A stretch of DNA of 64,000 nucleotides. Origin: Acidobacteriaceae bacterium (lineage in GTDB: Bacteria > Acidobacteriota > Terriglobia > Terriglobales > Acidobacteriaceae). Positions within the stretch are counted from its first letter, which is position 1. Every line of letters starts with the position of its first letter. Under the pieces are notes generated by a model. It ran no database searches and had not been told where the DNA came from. It saw nothing but the letters and a program-made list of their open reading frames with translations. Below are positions 16,663 to 24,613 of this stretch, piece by piece. The stretch lies in contig DATHQT010000057.1 of the NCBI GenBank assembly GCA_035482415.1, positions 105,944 through 169,943 of the forward strand. The letters are read 5' to 3'. The position numbers and the translations under genes are program-made.

Positions 16663-18249
16663 ATGGCTACTGAAAAGCCCAATATTCTAATTCTCTGGGG
16701 CGATGATATCGGTTGGTGGAATATCAGCTTCAACAGCCGCGGCCAGATGGGCTACCGTACCCCGAACATCGACCGCGTCGGAAACGAAGGTGTCGTCTTC
16801 ACCGATTACTACGGCCAGCAGAGCTGTACCGCCGGACGCGCCGCCTTCATCACCGGCCAGAATCCGCTCCGCACTGGCCTCACCAAGGTTGGCATGCCTG
16901 GCGCGAATCTCGGTCTCCAACCGGAAGATCCCACGATCGCAGAGATGCTCAAGCCGCTCGGCTATGCCACCGGCCAGTTCGGCAAAAACCACCTCGGCGA
17001 CAAAAACGAGTTCCTGCCGACGGTGCATGGCTTCGACGAGTTCTTTGGCAATCTCTATCACCTCAACGCCGAAGAAGAGCCCGAGCTTCCGGATTATCCC
17101 AAGGACCCCAGGTTCCTTGCGGCCTTCGGACCGCGCGGCGTCCTCCACTGCAAGGCGACCGACACCGTGAGCACGCTGCCCGACGATCCGCGGTTCGGAC
17201 CTATCGGCAAGCAGACCATCGAAGATACTGGCCCACTCACCAAGAAACGCATGGAGACTGTCGACGAGGAGATCACCGCTGCCGCCCTTAGCTGGATGGA
17301 AACCCAGGCGAAAGCGAATAAGCCCTTCTTCCTGTGGTACAACTCCACCGCCATGCACTTCCGCACGCACGTAGCGCCGAAAAACATCGGCAAGAGCGGC
17401 CAGGATCCGTACAGCGATCGCATGGTTGTTCACGATGAGCAGATCGGCATGATGCTGGATAAGCTCGACGAGCTTGGCATCGCCGACAACACCCTGGTGA
17501 TGTACTCCACCGACAACGGGCCCGAGAACGATACCTGGCCCGACGGTGCCAACAGTCCATTCCGCGCGCAGAAGGACACCAACTGGGAAGGTGCATGGCG
17601 CGTTCCATGCTTCATGCGCTGGCCCGGTAAGATCAAGGCCGGTTCCACGCTCAATGGCGTCATGTGCCACCAGGACATGCTGCCAACCATCCTGGCCGCG
17701 GCTGGCGAGCCGAACATCAATCAGAAGTTGATCGATGGCTACACTGCGGGCGACAAGACGTTCAACGTTTGCATCGACGGAATCAATATGGTGCCCTGGC
17801 TGACCGGCGAAGTGAAGGATAGCCCAAGGGAGCACTTCTTCTACGTTAGTGACGACGGCGGAATTATGGCGATTCGTATCGGCGACTACAAGTTGACGTT
17901 TGAATCGCAGGACTGCCCCGGGACCATGAAGTTGTGGCAGCACCCGTTCACCAAGCTGCGGGTTCCGTATATTCACAATCTTCGTCGCGATCCGTTTGAG
18001 CGCGCCGATTTCAACTCCAATACCTACTGGGATTGGGTCGTGGATCACGTTCCGTACCTCTACGCAGCCCAGGCAATCGTTGCTGGCCAGGTGGCGAACT
18101 TCATCAAGTTCCCACCGCGCCAGAAGGCAGCGTCCTTCAACCTGGATACGGTGATGGCGTCGCTGGGACCAGCCCAGGCCGCAGCAGCCGCAGCCAAGGC
18201 AAAGGCCGCGGCGGAAGCCAAGACCGAGGCCGCAGCAGCGAAGAAATAG
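16663..18249 (+). CDS. Arylsulfatase (formylglycine-dependent sulfatase family)
   Basis: NILILWGDDIGW...QQSCTAGRAAFITGQ carries the Cys-type C-x-A/P-x-R formylglycine motif. Also GKNHLGD and YSTDNGPE. AAGGAG RBS. No signal peptide is visible. Confidence 0.85.
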   Translation: MATEKPNILILWGDDIGWWNISFNSRGQMGYRTPNIDRVGNEGVVFTDYYGQQSCTAGRAAFITGQNPLRTGLTKVGMPGANLGLQPEDPTIAEMLKPLGYATGQFGKNHLGDKNEFLPTVHGFDEFFGNLYHLNAEEEPELPDYPKDPRFLAAFGPRGVLHCKATDTVSTLPDDPRFGPIGKQTIEDTGPLTKKRMETVDEEITAAALSWMETQAKANKPFFLWYNSTAMHFRTHVAPKNIGKSGQDPYSDRMVVHDEQIGMMLDKLDELGIADNTLVMYSTDNGPENDTWPDGANSPFRAQKDTNWEGAWRVPCFMRWPGKIKAGSTLNGVMCHQDMLPTILAAAGEPNINQKLIDGYTAGDKTFNVCIDGINMVPWLTGEVKDSPREHFFYVSDDGGIMAIRIGDYKLTFESQDCPGTMKLWQHPFTKLRVPYIHNLRRDPFERADFNSNTYWDWVVDHVPYLYAAQAIVAGQVANFIKFPPRQKAASFNLDTVMASLGPAQAAAAAAKAKAAAEAKTEAAAAKK

Positions 18250-18292
18250 CAACCGCCAACTGGAGCGCCCAGCAATGGGTGCTCATAAACCT

Positions 18293-18329
18293 CATTCGAA
18301 GGGGAGATCAATCGTCTCCCCTTCGAATG
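18293..18329. terminator. Strong stem-loop after the sulfatase gene
   Basis: Perfect 15-bp stem CATTCGAAGGGGAGA / TCTCCCCTTCGAATG with a 7-nt loop, 44 nt after the stop codon. There is no clear T-tract. Confidence 0.5.
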
Positions 18330-18577
18330 CAGAAATTCCGAGATAACGACTGCTATAAGCGCTTCCCCGATCATCTGCTGGGGACTTCCTGGACCGACAC
18401 ATTTGAATCCAAGGTCAAGCGGTGCTTGGGGACTTATCTCGAGTCTTCGACAAACAGTGATGGCTTCAGTGATGGCTTCGCTCGATTGGTACCGCATGGT
18501 CCGGCACCGAACTGAGAGCGTGCTGTCGGAAGAAGCGTCCGCCGAAAACAGATGCACCCCGTCCCCTGGAGGGAACA

Positions 18578-19996
18578 ATGATCAGGAACTTAGCAACAAG
18601 AGTGTTAACCGCGTCGCTGTGCTTCCTGCTGGTCATTGTGACCGGGCCGTTCGGAGCTGAGGTTCAACTATCGGCACAAGAGGCAGCGACGAATTATTCC
18701 GGACAAGGCGCACCGTTGACGGCGCAAGAGTTGCAGGGACTGGCCGCTCCTATCGCCCTCTACCCGGACGCCTTGGTTGCCCAGATTCTTGGCGCTTCTA
18801 CCTTCCCTGACCAAGTTGCCAGCGCCGGTATGTGGCTTGAGCAGAACCAGAGCCTCACCGGCCAAGCCTTGCTGCAGGCCGTTAATGCGCAGTCGTGGGA
18901 GCCGAGCGTGAAGGCGCTCACGCAATTTCCCACGGTACTGACCAACATGGCCAAGAACCTCAGTTGGACATCCGCGCTGGGCGAGGCCTACGCGACACAG
19001 TCCGCCGACGTGATGACCGCGGTGCAGGTATTGCGCGCAAAGGCGCAGGCTGCCGGCAATCTCAAGTCTGGCTCGCAGATTACGGTGGTGCAGCAGGCGC
19101 CGAATGTCATCGTCATTCAGCCCGTGAATCCGCAGGTGGTGTATGTTCCCACCTATAACCCCGCAGTGGTGTACGGGTACCCCTACGTTGTGCCCGGGTA
19201 TAGCACTGCAGCAGTCGTGACCACCGGTGTGATCGCATTTGGAGTAGGCATCGCTGTTGGCATGGCGATCAGTGGTGGCTACGGGTGGGGCTGGAATTCA
19301 TGGAACTGCGGCTGGCACGGTGGCACGGTTGTCTACCACGGCGGTTCGTACTACGGGAACTCTGCCTGGCATGGCAGCAGCTACTACGGCTCGAATGGGT
19401 ACGGTGGCTATGGCAGCGCTTCAAGGGGCTATAACCCCTCGACCGGAACCGTTGCGCGTGGGGGAACCGTCTCGAACGGTTACGGGTCAGTCAGCGGAGG
19501 TCAGGCGTACAACACAAGAACCGGCGCCTCCGCAGCTACGGTGCAGGGCTCCAACGCTTACGGCAGCTATGGTGCCTCGACGGCTTCGAAGAACGGCACC
19601 ACTGTTAACGCTCAGCACCAATCAAACTACAACGGGACCACCGGGCAGGCGCATTCGTCAAACGGCGGGAGCGCATATGCTGCTTCGGGGAAGTATGGCA
19701 ATAGCGCTGCTGTCGCTCAGACCGCAAATGGAAACAAATACGCTTCGGCCAACGGGAACACGTACAGCAATACAGGAAACGGCTGGAGCGGCAATTCGAA
19801 CAACACCCAGAAGGCCAACAGCTACAATTCATCCGCATCGAAAGGTTACGGATCACAAGAAAGATCGAGCAGTTCATCGGCCTTCGGCGGCGGCGGCAGC
19901 AACGGGTGGCAATCCAGGGCTGACAGTTCCCGTGGCGCGTCCAGCATGGGCGGCGGCGGCGGCTGGAGTCGCGGTGGCGGAGGAGGTCGTCGATGA
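18578..19996 (+). CDS. DUF3300 domain protein with a long Gly/Ser/Tyr/Asn-rich low-complexity C-terminus
   Basis: Signal or TM segment, then LAAPIALYPDALVAQILGASTFPDQVASAGMWLEQN (DUF3300 signature), a TM segment (VVTTGVIAFGVGIAVGMAI), and about 240 aa of G/S/Y/N-rich sequence ending GGGGGWSRGGGGGRR. Confidence 0.8.
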   Translation: MIRNLATRVLTASLCFLLVIVTGPFGAEVQLSAQEAATNYSGQGAPLTAQELQGLAAPIALYPDALVAQILGASTFPDQVASAGMWLEQNQSLTGQALLQAVNAQSWEPSVKALTQFPTVLTNMAKNLSWTSALGEAYATQSADVMTAVQVLRAKAQAAGNLKSGSQITVVQQAPNVIVIQPVNPQVVYVPTYNPAVVYGYPYVVPGYSTAAVVTTGVIAFGVGIAVGMAISGGYGWGWNSWNCGWHGGTVVYHGGSYYGNSAWHGSSYYGSNGYGGYGSASRGYNPSTGTVARGGTVSNGYGSVSGGQAYNTRTGASAATVQGSNAYGSYGASTASKNGTTVNAQHQSNYNGTTGQAHSSNGGSAYAASGKYGNSAAVAQTANGNKYASANGNTYSNTGNGWSGNSNNTQKANSYNSSASKGYGSQERSSSSSAFGGGGSNGWQSRADSSRGASSMGGGGGWSRGGGGGRR

Positions 19997-20070
19997 CTCA
20001 TTGCGGACCGCCGGATCCCGTGGACGAGACGAACCACAGAATTGCTATCAAGCCAAATTTATGGAGGACT

Positions 20071-21009
20071 ATGATGTCGCTCAACGGACGTAGAGTCGGT
20101 GTAACCAGTGGCTTAATCTTGGCGGCGGTGATGGTCGTTCTGGTTGCCTGCAAGAAAACGCCTTCGTACGAAACCTTTGCCAGTCCCGATGAGGCTGGCG
20201 ATGCGTTATTGCAAGCGGCCAAGTCAGGGGATCAGGACCAGGTGTTGGCAGTCTTCGGCCCTCAATCAAAGAACGTCATTTTTTCGGGGGACGCTACACA
20301 AGACAAGGCCTCGATCGACGCATATGTTCAGGCTTATGGGACGATGCACCGGTGGCGCAAGATGCCGGATGGCGCGCAACTGCTATTGGTGGGAGCTGAC
20401 AATTTTCCATTCCCAATCCCGCTCAGGAAAGCCAGCGATGGAAAATGGTTCTTTGATGCTGGAGCCGGGGAAGAGGAGATACTAAGGCGCCGCATCGGGC
20501 GAGACGAGTTAGCCGTGATAGACGTCTGTTACGCCATTGCGGATGCGCAGGCCCAGTACTATTCTCAACCTCGAAATGGCGAAAGCACACAACAGTTCGC
20601 GCCAAAGTTTATCAGCGATCCAGGCAAACAAAACGGATTGTATTGGGAGTCGGCGCAAGGTCAGCCGCCGAGCCCGCTCGGGCCGTTGGTGGCCTTTGCA
20701 ACCGGAGAGGGATATAACGTCAAGCCGAATGAGCACGTGCCTTTCCACGGCTACTATTTCAAGATGCTGAGCAACCAAGGAAGCAATGCCCCTGGCGGTG
20801 CAAAGGACTACTTAGTCAATGGAAAGATGGCGGGTGGGTTTGCATTGGTCGCGTATCCCTCTAACTACGGTAACTCGGGAGTGATGACCTTCATCATTAA
20901 TCAGGATGCTGTGCTGCTTCAAAAAGACCTTGGCAAGACAACCAACCAAACTGCAGAGGCAATGACAGCGTTCGATCCTGACAAAAGTTGGAGCATTGTT
21001 TCGGAATAA
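20071..21009 (+). CDS. DUF2950 family protein (probable lipoprotein)
   Basis: MMSLNGRRVGVTSGLILAAVMVVLVACKK fits a lipobox. Also AIADAQAQYYSQ, GLYWES, PFHGYYFKML and GGFALVAYPSNYGNSGVMTFIINQDAVLLQKDLG. GGAGG lies just upstream of ATG 20071. The track ORF begins at 19993 with an ATGA overlap on the DUF3300 stop. Confidence 0.75.
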   Translation: MMSLNGRRVGVTSGLILAAVMVVLVACKKTPSYETFASPDEAGDALLQAAKSGDQDQVLAVFGPQSKNVIFSGDATQDKASIDAYVQAYGTMHRWRKMPDGAQLLLVGADNFPFPIPLRKASDGKWFFDAGAGEEEILRRRIGRDELAVIDVCYAIADAQAQYYSQPRNGESTQQFAPKFISDPGKQNGLYWESAQGQPPSPLGPLVAFATGEGYNVKPNEHVPFHGYYFKMLSNQGSNAPGGAKDYLVNGKMAGGFALVAYPSNYGNSGVMTFIINQDAVLLQKDLGKTTNQTAEAMTAFDPDKSWSIVSE

Positions 21010-21028
21010 TTAATTGTCAACGAATTAG

Positions 21029-21075
21029 CGCCGAGCCTTCCTCGCTAGCAGCCGCGCGGAAGGCTCGGCGTTGTC
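21029..21075 (+). terminator. Stem-loop / probable terminator after the DUF3300-DUF2950 pair
   Basis: Perfect 13-bp GC-rich stem CGCCGAGCCTTCC / GGAAGGCTCGGCG (21029-21041 / 21058-21070) with a 16-nt loop, followed by TTGTC. Confidence 0.45.
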
Positions 21076-21184
21076 ATGCGCAAAACATGATCCGGCCCGG
21101 GTCACCTTGACGAATCTTGCGTATAGTGGAAACGTGCTTGTACAGATCAGTGCAAGCAAAATAGAGGGCCCGCGCCAGATACCA

Positions 21185-23116
21185 ATGAATGGTTCCCGTC
21201 AGTGGCGTTTGATTTGCCGGTCTATCCTGCGCGCTCACATGAGCTGGCGGCTTAGTTTGCCATCAATCTGCATCCTCCTGGTATTTTCCCCGCAGTTCCC
21301 AACTGCACCGTCTTTTGCAGAACCAGCCGCAGGGCCTATTAAGGCCGTTGCGCCGTTTTACGGCGAAGACGACCCTCTACCTCTTGTCCGGGTTGAACAT
21401 GGGATTGGAACCAGGGTCGAGCCTGCTCTGAAAGCTCGCGCGTGGATTTATGCGCACGCATTGGATGAGTTACGGTTCGCACGTCACTTCGCGCGCACAG
21501 ATCCTACGTGCAGTATCGTGATTGATCGCGAAGTTACCCTTGGGGAGCTCGCTAAATGGCGGGTCATAGGACTAGGCATCTTCCTCCTTCTTCTATCCCT
21601 GCTCGTAGGCATATTTGTCTGGTTGGTCATCCTCCAGAGACGCCACGCAAGGCAACTGGAGGGCCAACGGCGCCTTGCAGGCATTGTCGAATCGGCCGAA
21701 GATGCTGTGATTGCGGTGGATACCGAGCAACGAATTGTGATCTTCAATGCGGCGGCAGAAAAGATCTTCGGATGCGGCGTCGATGAGGCCGTGGGATCTT
21801 ATCTGGATCGCTTCATTCCCGGGAGTTTTCGTGCGCAGCATAGTAAGAAAGTTCTTCAATTTGGTGAATCCGAGCAGGATACCCGGTCAATAGGCGGCCT
21901 CAACACCTTCATGGCGCTCCGGGCCAACGGCGAGGAATTTCCTATTGAAGCCTCGATCTCGCATGTCGAGACCGCCAGCGGTAAACTCTTTACCGCTATC
22001 ATTCGCGACAATACGGAACATGAAAAGGCAGAGCGCCAATTGCATCAGAGCTATGAGCTCAATCTGTCGATTCTGCAATCGCTGAAAAATCACCTGGCCG
22101 TGTTGGACGCGGACGGAACCGTCATCGCGGCTACCGCGCGAGGTCCTGAGTTTATCGCTGTAAGTGGGATCAACCTGCTTGAAATTCGTGTAGGCGATAA
22201 CTATCTCGAAACGTGTAGAGCGCTCGCAGAGCATGGCGACCGGGACGTAGTCGCGGCGCTCGAGGGCGTGAAAGCGGTTTACGACAGAAAGATGAAGTAC
22301 TTTGAAATGCGATACGACTACAAAGAGGGCATTGACAAGCAGTGGTTTCTGATGACCGTCATGCCGATGAGATATCCCGGGCGAGGAGTCGTGATTTCGC
22401 ACGAAGACATCACCGTGCGCAAGCGGCACGAGCAGGCGATCCATGAACTCAATGGCCGCTTGATCAATGCCCAGGAGGAGGAACGTCGCCGCATCGCCCG
22501 CGAATTGCATGACGACATTAATCAGCAAGTCGCCATGCTTGCTATCGACCTGCAGCAGATGAAAGTGCTCTTCCCGAAAGAATCAACTGAAGGGATTGCG
22601 AGAGTCGATGTCCTGTGGGAAAGGACCCACGCGCTTTCGCTGGATATTCAGCATCTCTCGCATCAGCTTCACTCCACCAAACTCGATCATCTTGGGATCG
22701 CGGCCGCCCTGCGGGGTCTGTGCAGCGAGGTTTCGGAACAATGCAAAATCGCAATTGAATTCGAGTTCAAGCGGGTGCCGGCGGAAATCGGCACGGGGGT
22801 TGCTCTGAGCATCTTCCGCGTCGCGCAGGAGAGCCTGCATAATGTCGCCAAGCATAGCCACGCATCGAATGTGCGTGTGGAGCTCTTGGGGAGCGCTGAC
22901 TCGATCATGCTGCGCATCAAGGACAACGGCACCGGATTCGACCCCGAAGAGAATCAGGGCGTAAGTGGCTTGGGAATGGTTAGCATGAGAGAACGGATGC
23001 GCCTGGTTAACGGAACCCTGACAGTGACCTCAACGCCATTATCTGGAACACTCATCGAAGCCAAAATTCCTATCACGCATGGCGACCCTGCGTCACAAGC
23101 GGCACACGGGAATTAA
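21185..23116 (+). CDS. PAS-domain sensor histidine kinase, NarL-partner type (HisKA_3 + HATPase_c)
   Basis: TM segment (LGIFLLLLSLLVGIFVWLVIL), two PAS-like regions, H-box ARELHDDINQQVAML, and ATP-binding DNGTGFD...GLGMVSMRERM. The start is uncertain: track 21071 lies within the preceding hairpin, and ATG 21185 or 21239 is more plausible. Confidence 0.8.
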   Translation: MNGSRQWRLICRSILRAHMSWRLSLPSICILLVFSPQFPTAPSFAEPAAGPIKAVAPFYGEDDPLPLVRVEHGIGTRVEPALKARAWIYAHALDELRFARHFARTDPTCSIVIDREVTLGELAKWRVIGLGIFLLLLSLLVGIFVWLVILQRRHARQLEGQRRLAGIVESAEDAVIAVDTEQRIVIFNAAAEKIFGCGVDEAVGSYLDRFIPGSFRAQHSKKVLQFGESEQDTRSIGGLNTFMALRANGEEFPIEASISHVETASGKLFTAIIRDNTEHEKAERQLHQSYELNLSILQSLKNHLAVLDADGTVIAATARGPEFIAVSGINLLEIRVGDNYLETCRALAEHGDRDVVAALEGVKAVYDRKMKYFEMRYDYKEGIDKQWFLMTVMPMRYPGRGVVISHEDITVRKRHEQAIHELNGRLINAQEEERRRIARELHDDINQQVAMLAIDLQQMKVLFPKESTEGIARVDVLWERTHALSLDIQHLSHQLHSTKLDHLGIAAALRGLCSEVSEQCKIAIEFEFKRVPAEIGTGVALSIFRVAQESLHNVAKHSHASNVRVELLGSADSIMLRIKDNGTGFDPEENQGVSGLGMVSMRERMRLVNGTLTVTSTPLSGTLIEAKIPITHGDPASQAAHGN

Positions 23117-23178
23117 GGCTTCCCGGCGACGATCTGCCGAGAGAAGGTCACGCAGAAGCCTTGCCTGCAACTCTCTGT

Positions 23179-24603
23179 CTACGGGTGCAGCACGGGTGGT
23201 GCGATGTAGCCGAAATCCTGTTCAAGGATGGTAGCGATTGCGAGCACGTCTTCATCGCCATAAGGGCGTCCGGCAAGCTGCAGGCCGATCGGAAGGCCCT
23301 CTGCGGAGCGGCTGATCGGAACGACCGCGGCAGGAGCACCAAGCAGATTGAACCACTGCGTGAAGCGCATGGCATCAAGGTAGGCGAGTGGCCGCGATGC
23401 TCCATTCGCATCATGCAATGTCCAGTTGCGTTCGCCGTGACGAAACGCGGGGATCGAGCAGACGGGGCTTAGCAGGATAGGGAAGTCGCGCATCTCCGAG
23501 AGCAGTTGCGATCGGACGATATCGGTCTCGCACCAGGCATCGAGCAGTTCGGCGGCCGCGAGCGGCGGGTACGTGTGGGCGATCGACAGGAAGTCAAGGA
23601 ACGTGGGACTGAAGTCGGACTCGCGGCCGCGGCCCAATCGCTCCAGCAGCAGGGCGCCGCAGCGGGCAAAGAAGGTGTACCAGAGTTCTCGCGCGCGCTC
23701 GAGAGAAGCGGGCCGAAATGGCTCGACGTGAAACCCGTGGCGACGCAGCGAGTGCACGGCGTCCTGCACGGCCTGCCGCGTCTCCGCTGTTACAGGAACC
23801 AGGCCATCGTCTTCGAAGTAGCCGATGCGGATTCTCTTGAAAGCTTCCGGGGCCGAAGGTCGGTAGGGAACGGGCGCGGCGATGGGGTCGATGTCGAGTG
23901 CACCGGAGACTACGCGGAACAGCAACGTGACATCCGCCATGGTTCTGGCCATCGGGCCAACGGTGCCGAGTAAGGAAAATGGTCCCACATTGTCCGGGAG
24001 ATGGCCAGCCGTAGGAATGCGGCCGGGCGTTGGCTTCATCGCGCAGATGCCGGTGAAGTGAGCAGGCTCGCGAACCGATCCGCCGCCATCCGAGCCAAGG
24101 CCTCCCGCCGAGAGTCCGGCTGCAATTGCCGCTGACTCACCGCCGCTCGAGCCGCCTGAGGTGCGCGTCAGATCCCACGGGTTGGACGTGCGACCGTATA
24201 GGCGGTTGTCAGTCTCGTAGGCCATGAGAAACTCAGGGCAATTAGTCGTTCCAAGGATCAGCGCACCAGCTTTGCGCAGACGCTTGACAGTCTCAGCGTC
24301 GTCTGTTGGCCGATGGCCCTTATTGAGGAGACTGCCGGTCTCGCACAAGTGGCCTGCGACGGAGATAGAGCTCTTCACGGTGAGCGGAAGACCATGCAGC
24401 AGACCGCGTGGCGACGTCGAGCGATCCAGCGCCATCGCTTGATGGCGAATGTCTTTCGGATCGAAATCAATCAGCGCATTCAGGCTTGGATTTAGCTGTT
24501 CAATGCGTTGGATGTGCATGTCGGCGAGTTCGAGAACGGAGAGTTTCTTCGCCTCCAGAAGGGCGAGCAGATCGACAGCGGGTTGCGTGAGAAGATCGGT
24601 CAA
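23179..24603 (-). CDS. Amidase (amidase-signature family)
   Basis: AS motif GGSSGGESAAIAAGLSAGGLGSDGGGSVREPA. I moved the start to TTG 24603 (AGGAAA 7 nt upstream), which is 10 nt after the upstream stop. The track ATG at 24690 would overlap the upstream gene by 77 nt. Confidence 0.85.
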   Translation of the reverse strand: MTDLLTQPAVDLLALLEAKKLSVLELADMHIQRIEQLNPSLNALIDFDPKDIRHQAMALDRSTSPRGLLHGLPLTVKSSISVAGHLCETGSLLNKGHRPTDDAETVKRLRKAGALILGTTNCPEFLMAYETDNRLYGRTSNPWDLTRTSGGSSGGESAAIAAGLSAGGLGSDGGGSVREPAHFTGICAMKPTPGRIPTAGHLPDNVGPFSLLGTVGPMARTMADVTLLFRVVSGALDIDPIAAPVPYRPSAPEAFKRIRIGYFEDDGLVPVTAETRQAVQDAVHSLRRHGFHVEPFRPASLERARELWYTFFARCGALLLERLGRGRESDFSPTFLDFLSIAHTYPPLAAAELLDAWCETDIVRSQLLSEMRDFPILLSPVCSIPAFRHGERNWTLHDANGASRPLAYLDAMRFTQWFNLLGAPAAVVPISRSAEGLPIGLQLAGRPYGDEDVLAIATILEQDFGYIAPPVLHP

Positions 24604-24613
24604 TTCAGATTTC

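Noticed and set aside
16687-18252. 521-aa ORF exactly antisense to the sulfatase gene
   Set aside because: The translation is Arg/Gly/Ala/Val-rich with no recognisable motifs, while the sense strand has unmistakable sulfatase signatures. This is a typical stop-free shadow frame in high-GC coding DNA.
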